A stretch of 64,000 nucleotides of DNA, from NCBI RefSeq assembly GCF_009914755.1, contig NC_060930.1. The stretch is one strand, 5' to 3'. The number at the start of each line of letters is the position of its first letter. The stretch's first letter is position 1. Under the pieces are notes generated by a model. The model was not told the DNA's origin and searched no databases. It was given only the letters and a program-made list of their open reading frames with translations. Position numbers and translations under genes: made by a program. Origin of the DNA: the human T2T-CHM13v2.0 reference genome, Homo sapiens. Positions 32,611 to 42,339 of this stretch are shown here, in pieces.

Positions 32611-33647
32611 CTTTGTGGTTTTATCTACCTTTGGTCTTTGATGTTGGTGACCTACAGATAGGGTTTTGGTGTCGATTTCCTTTTTGTTGATGTTGATATT
32701 ATTCCTTTCTGTTTGTTAGTTTTCCTTCTAACAGTCAGGTCCCTCAGCTGCAGGTCTGTTGGAATTTGCTGGAGGTCCATCCCAGACCCTGTTTTCCTGG
32801 GTATCACCAGCAGAGGCTGCAGAACAGCAAATATGGCAGAACAGCAAATATTGCTGCCTGATCCTTCCTCCGTTAGCTTTGTCCCAGAGGGGCACCTGCC
32901 TGTATGAGGTGTCTGTTGGCCCCTACTGGGAAGTGTCTCCCAGTTAGGCTACACAGTGGTCAGGGACCCACTTGAGGAGGTAGTCTGTCCATTCTCAGAG
33001 CTCAAATGCCATGCTGGGAGAACCACTGCTCTCTTCAGAGCTGTCAGACAGGGATGTTTAAGTCTGCAGAAGTTTTTGCTGCTTTTTGTTCAGCTATGCC
33101 CTGCCCAGAGGTGGACTCTATAGAGGCAGTAGGCCTTGCTGAGCTGCGGTGGGCTCCACCCAGTTTGAGCTTCCCAGACACTTTGTTTACCTACTCAAGA
33201 CTCAGCAATGGTGGACGCCCCTCCCCCTGCCTGGATGCAGTCTCACAGGTCCATCTCAGACTGCTGTGCTAGCAGTGAGCAAGGCTCTGTGGGCATGGGA
33301 CACATCGAGCCAGGCACAGGAGAGAATCTCCTGGTCTGCCAGTTGCTAAGACCATGGGAAAAGCGCAGTATTTGGGCGAGAGTGTTCTGTTTTTCCAGGT
33401 ACAGTCTGTCATGGCTTCCCTTAGCTAGGAAAGGGAGATCCCCCGACTCCTCGCACTTCCTGGGTCAGGTGACGTCCCCCTCCTGCTTCAGCTCACCCTC
33501 CATGGGCTGCACCCACTATCCAACGAGTCACAGTGAGATGAATCAGGTACCTCAGTTGGAAATGCAGAAATCACCCAGCTTCTGCATCAATCACACTGGG
33601 AGCTACAGACTGGAGCTGTCCCTATTCGGCCATCTTGGAACAGAACC
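32611..33647 (-). promoter_or_regulatory. L1 5' UTR bidirectional promoter (sense toward lower coordinates, antisense toward higher); YY1 site 33628-33637
   Basis: ggccatcttg (CAAGATGGCC on the minus strand) at the L1 5' tip. GC-rich UTR. Confidence 0.75.
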
Positions 33648-33720
33648 AAACAACTTTTTCTCATATGTTTACCTATTTGTTGTTCATTTCACTTTGCCTC
33701 AGAAGACATCAAATATATAA
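33208..33720 (+). CDS. Putative L1 antisense ORF0 homologue, extended to 170 aa (translation unproven)
   Basis: MVDAPPPA..ISDCCASSEQGSVGMG..EPG..EKRSI..FSR aligns with L1HS ORF0 as recalled (MAGAPPPA..ISDCCASNQRDSVGVG..EPG..EKRNI..FSR). Strong Kozak context gcaATGg. Confidence 0.5.
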   Translation: MVDAPPPAWMQSHRSISDCCASSEQGSVGMGHIEPGTGENLLVCQLLRPWEKRSIWARVFCFSRYSLSWLPLARKGRSPDSSHFLGQVTSPSCFSSPSMGCTHYPTSHSEMNQVPQLEMQKSPSFCINHTGSYRLELSLFGHLGTEPNNFFSYVYLFVVHFTLPQKTSNI

Positions 33721-35033
33721 ACCTTAATAGGTATCATAAAAGGCAGAATACATGGGGGACACACAGGTCTTGACTTCAAGGAAAAAATGACTCTTCTATG
33801 AAATGAAGCAACAAAACAAACAAAGAAGCAAGTACTTTGCTTCACACAAGGGTCACAAAGCAAGATGCTTACAGGAATTGTGTGGGGTGTGTCAAGAAAG
33901 TTTTCAAAGGTTACCTTAACCTTAAGGGGGTTTTAAGTCACATATAGTGTTTGACTTACCGAAAAAGTCACTGTCACTTTTTTCTCTCAAGAATAAAGGT
34001 AGAATGTGCTGTCTAATTACGAACAACTTTGAGGAACAGATTATCTTTCTTTCTTTCTGGGAGTTTTCAAAGTGGCATATAGAACTATGCATTGTTTCTT
34101 AAGACAGCAGTAAAATCAATATTGCCTTCACTGAAGGCATAATTATTTTTATGCATTATTTGTATTTTGAAACACTTCTTTGATAAAATAAAATTGCATG
34201 ACCACAAACTCTATTAATTAAATCATTGCACTTAAATTATTTAAAATGTAAAACAGAAAAGTAGTACTTGGTAAGAAGCGTGAGTATTGAACATTTTGGA
34301 ATGAATCCACATTGTTTTATAAAATATAATTCTTTTTTGAATTATTAAAGATAAAATTATACACTTATAATAAAAAAGTGTAAATAAGATTTTCATTTAT
34401 TTGTTTATGAACATAATGTATTTGAGATAAATGAGGTTACCATTTCCCCTCAAATGCTTTCTAAATATTTAAGCATTTTAAAAGAATATTCAAAAAAATC
34501 TATTGTATATTTCTCTAATTTAGTAAAGAACATAGATAACTATAAAGATTGCTTTAAGCATCATTTATTCTGTGAAATATTCAGAGGCTGTTCACATACA
34601 TGACAATGTGTAATTTCTCTTATTCATTGCCTAGAGCTAGTGTTTAGTTTTTCTTGATGTATTTTGTATAATGGTTGGTTCAAGTGTACATTCAGGAGAC
34701 ATGAGGCATATTGAATGATTTGGCTTCTGTACTAAATGTCTCTGGAAATCAAGGTTGAATTATAGAAAGAGATACAGTTTTTATCATAACCGCCAAGTTG
34801 AAACAGGTTCTATGTAATAAAATGTAAGAAGAAGAATCCAAAATTGATGTTTATAGTCAGTGAAAATTTCAATAAAGGCAAAAAGGTCAAATGTAAGTTG
34901 TGTCTTTAAAATATTTGTCATCAATAATAAAACAATAATAGCTATGGAATATTACAGTTTGCCCAGACCCATCTCCTAATCCTTACAGAGATCCTAGAAG
35001 CAACTATTAGACTTTACATATAAAGTTGGACAT

Positions 35034-35350
35034 TGATATGGTTTGGCTGTGTCCCCACCCAAATCTCAAATTGTAGTTCCCATAATTCCCACCCATTATG
35101 GGAGGGACCTGTTGGGAGGTAATTGAATCATGGGGTTTTATAACGGAGAATTCCCCGTACACAAGCTCTCTTAACTGCCACTATCCATGTAAAACAACAT
35201 GACTTTGCTCCTCCTTGCTTTCCACCATGATTGTGAGGCCTTCCCGGCCATGTGGAACTATGAGTCAATTAAACCTCTTTCTTTTATAAATTACCCAGTC
35301 TTGGGTATGTCTTAATCAGCAGCATGAAGTAACACAGCATGACTAACACA
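35034..35350 (+). mobile_element. THE1 (C-like) solo LTR with an internal deletion
   Basis: tgatatggtttggctgtgtcccc...gactaacaca. 5-bp TSD gacat. Confidence 0.93.
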
Positions 35351-35730
35351 GACATCAAGATTTCAATTAAGTTGCCCACAATCCCACAATTGGTTGCTTG
35401 TGAGATTGGGTTTGAAATCCAGGTATTCAGATTCCAGATCCATGCTTTTATTTTTATTCCTAGTACATCTTGTTGCCTATTGATTGACTGTTGTGAAAAC
35501 AGGCTGTCCTCAAGGATGAATAGACAGATAACTTTAAAGCAAAGGCTCTTGAGTTGAGGTGCTGGAAAAAAAATTAAGAAAATCTGAGAAACTGCTGAGA
35601 AGGTAAAAAAAAAGAAAATAAGCAAATGATGACAAAGAGTATGAAACATATAAAGGACTAAGCTATTATGCCTAAAATTATATCCTCTGAGAGAGATGGA
35701 GACATTGAAAAAAGAAAAAAGCTTGAATGA

Positions 35731-36138
35731 TGTATTAGTCTATTCTTGAATTGCTATTAAAAATACCTGAGACTGGGCAATTTATAAAGGAAATTTGCTC
35801 ATGGTTATGCAGGCTGTACAGGAAGCATGATGCTGGCATCTGCTCAGCTTCTGGGGAGGCCTCAGGAAAGTTACAATCATGGTGGAAGGTGAAGGGAGAG
35901 CAGACACATCACATGGCAAAAGCCAGAGAGGGGAAGCAAGTTGTCACACACTTTCAAACAGCCAGATCTTGCAAGAAGTCACTCACTATCACAAAGACAG
36001 CACCAAGGGGATGGCACTAAACCATTCATGAAAATCCATGCCCATGATCCAATCACCTCTCACTAGGGCTCACCTCTAATACTGGGGATTACAATTCAAC
36101 ATGAGATTCGGGTGGAGACACATATCCAAACTATATCA
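35731..36138 (-). mobile_element. MST (A/B-like) solo LTR
   Basis: tgtattagtc...catatccaaactatatca. TSD aatga. Confidence 0.92.
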
Positions 36139-36685
36139 AATGATAAGAAATGAATGGTGAAATCTGAAATGCTGAAGCGACAGACAGACATTTATGTAGC
36201 AAGTCACTGAAGATAAGGGTCAAGATGGCAGGGTGAAGGTGCAGAATTGGGAAGGTCATGGGCACTGAGGAAATAACTGACACAGGATGAAGTTGGGGTC
36301 TCTGAAGAAAAGAGTATATAATTAAAAGAACATGAAATGTAGTTTTGGAAGATAAAGAGAAAAAAGACAAAGGGGGTACTATCTAAAAAAGTCAAACAGG
36401 GATAATTAGAAAAAAGCAAAATGTTTGGATTGTCATGTGAACCCTGAAAGGCTACTTGGGCAGCCTGTACTGTGTGTTTCCTGCCCCAGAATATGGCCTC
36501 TGAGTCACGGCTGGAGTGGCACAAGCACTTCCAGCCAATCCTCCCATCTGCCCTGCATAGGCCTCCTGTGCTTGTCTTCCCAGAGCCACTTGAGGCTTTC
36601 AATGATTCTTTTGACCCTCACGTCTCATACTGGCTTCATAATTTTCTGCTGCATGGCTCTGAAGAAGCCAGATATAGTCCTTTGT

Positions 36686-37311
36686 TGCCATGGTCTGAAT
36701 GTTTGTGTATTAGTCTGTTCTCATGCTGCTAGGAAGCAATACCTGAGACTGGGACATTTATAAAGGAAAGAGGCTTAATTGACTCACAGTTCAGCATGAC
36801 TGGGGAGGTCTCAAGAAACTTACAATCATGGTGGAAGGGGAAGCTAACACGTCCTTCTTCACATGGCAGCTACAAGGAGAAGTGATGAACAACGGGGAAA
36901 GAGCCCCTTGTAAAACTATCAGATCTCGTGAGAAATCACTCAATATCATGAGAACAACATGGGGGTAACCACCCTCATGATTCGATTACCTCCCACTGGG
37001 TCCCTCCCATAACATGTAGGAATTATGGGAACTATAATTCAAGATGAGATTTGGGTGGGGACACAGCCAAACCATATAAGTTTGTGTTCTCAAAAACACA
37101 AACATCCAAAAGAGACACATCACCCTTCCACCATGTGAGGACACAACAAGAAGGTGTCATCTATAACCCAGAAAGTGGGCCCTCACCAAACGTCAAATCT
37201 GGCTTTGGTCTTAGACTTCTTGGCCTGCAGAACTGTGAGAAATAAATGTATGTTGTTTAAAGTCATCCAGTCTTTGGTGTTCTGTTATAGAAGTTCAAAT
37301 GGACTAAGATA
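36686..37311 (+). mobile_element. MLT1A-like LTR split by a THE1 insertion
   Basis: 'tgccatggtctgaatgtttg' ... 'cagaactgtgagaaataaatg...ggactaagata'. Confidence 0.8.
36706..37079 (-). mobile_element. THE1 (D-like) solo LTR nested in MLT1A
   Basis: tgtattagtctgttctcatgctgct...gacacagccaaaccatataa. TSD gtttg. Confidence 0.92.
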
Positions 37312-37618
37312 TTTGTCTTCTTCTGAAGCTTACATTTAATTGATAGGGACATGCAATTGTAAAATAAGTAATGTATTATTTTGTGAAATTATGAAAGCTC
37401 TATATTCTGATTTTATCCCCTTTTACACCACAAACCTTATATAGCACACCACAAAATTCTGAATTCACAGTGCTCATTGGAAACAGTTTGATATTTTTTC
37501 TACAGAGAAAGAGTTAAAAAAGATTTTCATAGTGTTATTAGAAACAGTAACTTTAACTGGCCCTTTTATTAATAACGTTCTTTGTCACATGTAGTTCCCT
37601 TTTACATTGCTCTTTCAG

Positions 37619-37709
37619 ATATCGGTGGAACTGCTGCTGTTTTGATCTTTCTCTTTTCTTCCTTCTTTTTAATCTTTGGATTAAGTGCTGCCGGCGATGA
37701 ACCCTTGAG
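37619..37709 (+). other. Candidate internal exon (91 nt) in apparently unique sequence
   Basis: Acceptor 'ccttttacattgctctttcag|' and donor 'gag|gtgagg'. No transcript evidence. Confidence 0.35.
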
Positions 37710-39339
37710 GTGAGGCTATTGATTTGGAGATGCTAATAGAACTGCAAACTAATACATTATCCTGTCCTAACCTCTTAGGGCATCCTCAATTTGATGCCCT
37801 GAGACTTGTGGCCAAGCCTGTACAGAGGCACTGTGATGAAAAGAACAATCCTGTTGATACAGAGAACATCTAGCAAGCTGTCTCATGCTCACTGAATATT
37901 TCGTTTGTTTGCTGGGTTTTTTTTTTTTGTTTGTTTGTTTTTTTTAAAGTTTCTGCTCAAGTTTAGGTAACTCTTGTGTAAGTTTTCTATCTGACCCAAG
38001 CAGTCCTCTTCACTACGTCTGGCTTACTATTCATCTGGCAAATATTTTTCTCCTCCAATTTCTGGGGTAGCCCTTGTGCAGCTGGCTCCCATGATGGCAG
38101 CCAAATGGAGGCTGGTGCACTGTGTAGTCAGAGTCAACTTCTTACTGTGAAACTCCTCAAATAGACAGTTGTCATCAGAGCATTTCCTCATCATTCTCTT
38201 CTTGTTAAAATTGGGAATCTGACAAGTTCCTTCCTGTTTGCCAGCAAATATTTCAGTCCATGAGAAACTGAGTGGTATATTTGCACAAAAAGTAAACTCA
38301 TCATTTTGAGTAATCATTTGCAATTCTTGGCAACTTCCCCATCTTTCCTGAGCTCTTCCTCTCTTTCTTAATTTTCTCTTTTTTCTCCATTCTCTTTCTC
38401 TATTTCTTGATACAAAACATTTCTTCTATCCAGCGGTAATTATGGCACAACTTACAGAAGGATTTCTTCATCCCTGGGCAGGCAGATGTTTATTCTCTCT
38501 TCTTTTACAAACCAGCAGAAGATTGAATTTCAGGTTATGATATTCTGGACCTGAGCATGTATTCAATTGTGTGGGTCCACATTATCTTTAAGAACCTCCA
38601 TGGCTATACATAAATTAATTAGTGAGGTAGTACTCTCTGAAGACATTCTAGAATAGGATATTTCTCCTACTTGTGGCTTTTTGCATAGTAGACAATTTTG
38701 AGGCATCTGCAGAGTTCCACAAAGCCCTATACACATAACATCAAAGCGTTGGGAAGATTTCCCGTAGCTGTGCCTCATGTAATCTCAATTGCTTTTTGCC
38801 ATACGAGGCACTGCTCCTATCTGTACCTTCACAGTTCATGACTATTTGCCCTGACTCAGGAATAGCCCGAAAGAGAGGCTGGAAGCCACAGAAGGTTAGT
38901 GTCAAAATAATGCATCACTAATCTTGTTAACCTTAGGCAAACTCATACTCATCTTGCCTAAACGTGGTAGAAGCAATTAGGATGAGAAACCACCAAAGAA
39001 ATACCTGCACTGTCCGCTTGTAGACTTTATTCAAAAGTATCCCAACAGACACCACTTTCTGTGATACCAGACCATGCTTAGCTGTACTAAACCTACCACT
39101 GAGAACACTGGAGAAGGGCCCAAAGTCAACTGCTAGTCCCAACTTCTAGTTTAGCAGCACTCTTACTTTGTCCCTGCAAGGAAGTTTCCCCACCTAGGAA
39201 TCACCATGAGTTACAAGAGCCTGGCAAATTTCAAGACTGCAGGAATGGAAAATATACAAGCTTGTAAGTTCAAGCTTATGTCTGAATCACCTACCCCAAT
39301 AGATGGTAGTTGAGATGACGGCTAGAGAGCAAAATGGTA

Positions 39340-39625
39340 ATATATATGTAAAGATGACAACAATGGGATTGAATTAGATGACAGCAAGGCATAGAGGATA
39401 GGAATAGTAAACTACTTGTTTTGGTTTGAGTAATTCAAGGCATGATAGTGTCATTTACTGACATTTACAGATTTACAATCTGAGCAGATTTGAGAACATA
39501 AATCAATAGTTCTGTTTCTATTTCTGAAGTTTGAGACATGAGACAATCAACTTGAAACGCTAAACTGGCAACAAGATATGTGAGTTGGTAAATAAGAAGT
39601 TGAAGCTGCAGATGTATCTTATTAT
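39340..39625 (+). mobile_element. L2 LINE relic
   Basis: 'gatagtgtcatttactga...gaagtttgaga..gatatgtgagt' resembles L2 3' sequence. Confidence 0.45.
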
Positions 39626-40097
39626 TCGTTCATTATTATTTTCTGAACTCCTGCAATAAAGAATAAAAACCTTATTGTAAGAAGAAGAATGGCAAGTATG
39701 TAATTCAATTACAAAGAACTTGTTAGAAAAATCGGGGGAGAAAGATTATGCAGATTTCAAGGCAGTGATTGGCCTGGAGAGTCTGACTGAAGACAGGTTT
39801 AAGAGGCAATTGAGAAATAGACACTGGGAATCACCAGGGAAGATCACATTCAGGGTGTGAATGCCCAGACAAGAGAGGACTGTAAACTGCTTAAGCAGAG
39901 AGAAAGAAGGACACATTCCTGTGAAAGAAGAAACAGGTGTATATTATATTTTGAGGTAAGAAAAGCATATATGAGCAAGCTCTGAAAAATGGCTTTATGT
40001 TTTTAAAGGGTTTAAAAGTAAAGAATAGTGAAAGAAGCTGTTGAGGATAGAAACGGAGAAAAGATTAGTAAATAAATAATAAGGGAAATTGATAAGG

Positions 40098-40637
40098 TGT
40101 ATTAGTCAGTGTTCTCTAGAGGGAGAGGACTATTAAGACATACGTATATATGAAAAGGAGTTTATTAAGGAGTATTGACTCACATGATCACAAGGTTAAG
40201 TCCCACAATAGGCCGTCTACAAGCTGAGGAGCAAGGATGCCAGTCCGAGTCCCAAAACCTCAAAAGTAGGGAAGTTGACAGTGCATTCAGTCTGTGGCCA
40301 AAGGCCCAAGAGCCCCTCGTGAACCACTGGTGTGTAGGTCAAAGACTCCAAAAGCTGAAGAACTTGGAGTCTAATATTCAAGGGCAGAAACATCCAGCAC
40401 AGGAGAAAGATGGAGGCCAGAAGACTTAGCCAGTCTAGTCCTTCCACCTTCTTCTGCCAGCTTTTATCCTAGCCACACTGGCAGCTGATTAGATGGTTCT
40501 TTCCCAGATTGAGGGTGGGTCTGCTTCTCCTAGTCCACTGACTCAAATGTTAATCTCCTTTGGCAACACCTTCACAGACACACCCCGGAACAATAATTCA
40601 ATCCAATCATGTTGACACTCAATATTAACCATCACAT
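40098..40637 (-). mobile_element. MLT2A-like (HERV-L) solo LTR
   Basis: tgtattagtcagtgttctctagaggg...gttgacactcaatattaaccatcaca. TSD taagg. Confidence 0.92.
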
Positions 40638-41089
40638 AAGGCATCAAGGAAATGAACAGTACATTGATGCCAGTATTGCCGGCCAGTTTGAGAAGAATAC
40701 TATGATTCTTAGAGGTCTCAAAACAGAAAGAAAATAAAGGTAGGAATGACCATGGATGCAACATGTTTTTAATAATTAATTGAGGAGACAAAGGAAGGAG
40801 CAGGGAGGGGACAAAACATCAGAGCACACAAGGTGCCAAGAGATGACCTTGGTTAGATTATGACACTGATGAGGGAGCCGTAGAAGTTTAATTCTAATTT
40901 GTCCAGCACAGATAAGATTAACTCAGAGTCACTTTTGTTCTTAACTGATCCTTAAAAATTGTGTCATAAGGCTGAAGGAGAACTATAAAGGAATCTACAG
41001 ATTTTTCATTGAAAACTATTGTCACAATTAGGAAATCAAGTGAAAACAAAAGAAATTTGATATCAAAATACTGGCCACAGGTTTTTTTG

Positions 41090-41398
41090 TTTCGTTTTCT
41101 TTCTTTCTTTCTTTCTGAGATGGAGTCTCACTCTGTTGCCTAGGCTGGAATGCAGTGGTGTGATCTTCGTTCACTGCAACCTTCGCTTCCTGGGTTCAAG
41201 CAATTCTTCTGCCTCGGCCTCCTGAGTAACTGGGATTACAGGCACCCATCACCATGCCCAGCTCATTTTTTGTATTTTTGGTAGAAATGGGGTTTCACCA
41301 TGTTGGCTAGACTGGTCTCAAATTCCTGACCTCAAGTGATCTGCTTGCCTCAGCCTCCCAAAGTGCTGGGATTACAGGCATGATCCACTGCACCCAGC
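41090..41398 (-). mobile_element. Alu SINE (AluSx/Sz-like) with (CTTT)n tail
   Basis: Reverse Alu with flanking acaggttttt repeat. Confidence 0.95.
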
Positions 41399-41906
41399 TT
41401 GTTACAGGTTTTTAAAAAACATCAAGGAGGATTTCTGCTTTTCTTACAGCTGCACTTCTCCATCACACATTTCAATTTCATAGTTAATATTATTATATAT
41501 TTGAATTATATTTATAATATACAAATATATTTTTATGTAAAATTAGAAGTCCCAGATCCCATTTTCTGCATTACTCTCCTAAGCAAATGCTATTATTAAT
41601 GTATTGTGAATTACAATTTGCCATCATTTTAAAATAAGAGGTTTTAGATCCTTCTTAAGAAAAAGGTATTCAAAGGCATAATTATTATATCATCCTGATA
41701 AGCCAAAAATACATCCTCATGTACTTACTGTTTCAAAATATTCTTGGCATAAAAAAGCAAAAAAAAAAAAACCCGCTAAACCCTAAACATAAACATATAA
41801 TATAATATGAATGTAATGTGTAATATATGAGATCGACTTAGCAAACAAAATTGTGAATAAACATGTAACTTAAAATCATATATACTTGCTGTCTAGAGAA
41901 GACCAT

Positions 41907-42265
41907 TGATATGGTTTGGCTGTGTCTATACCAAAATATCATCTTGAATTCCCATGTGTTGTGGGAGGGACCCGGTGGGAGGTAATTGAATCACGGGGGC
42001 AGGTCTTTCCTGTGCTGTTCTCATGATAGTGAAGAAGTCTCACGAGATCCGATGATTATAAAAAGGGGAGTTTCCCTGCACAAGCACTCCTCTCTTTGCC
42101 TGCCACCATCCAAGTAAGATGTGACTTGCTCCTCCTTGCCTTCTGCCATGATTATGAGGCTTCCCCCAGCCAAGTGGAACTGTAAGTCCAATTAAACCTC
42201 TTTCTTTTGTAAATTGCCCAGTCTCTGTTATGTCTTTATCAGCAGTGTGAAAAAAGACGAATACA
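41907..42265 (+). mobile_element. THE1 (C-like) solo LTR
   Basis: tgatatggtttggctgtgtc...gacgaataca. Confidence 0.93.
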
Positions 42266-42339
42266 ACTAAATTCCAAAATTAGTAAAATAGTTAGTATGA
42301 GAAAATTACAATATTAAATGACAAAATTTCACTTCCTAA

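Larger units (their letters stand above)
28840..33647 (-). mobile_element. L1PA6/7-like LINE-1 with both ends intact and a ~1.4 kb ORF2 deletion
   Basis: 5' UTR with YY1 motif, ORF1, ORF2 EN, RT C-terminal part, 3' UTR and poly(A). TSD aaacaacttt at 28830-28839 and 33648-33657. Confidence 0.95.

Noticed and set aside
28840-33647. Retrotransposition-competent L1
   Set aside because: ORF1 is broken, and ORF2 is deleted and frameshifted.
36204-36763. Overlapping 86-132 aa ORFs between LTRs
   Set aside because: No recognisable domain, partly LTR-derived, and present on both strands as expected by chance.
25162-40637. Two co-oriented MLT2 LTRs as one HERV-L provirus
   Set aside because: They look like different subtypes, there is no ERVL internal sequence between them, and the second has its own TSD (taagg).
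35034-42265. Two + strand THE1 LTRs as one provirus
   Set aside because: The first has its own TSD (gacat) and there is no THE1 internal sequence between them.
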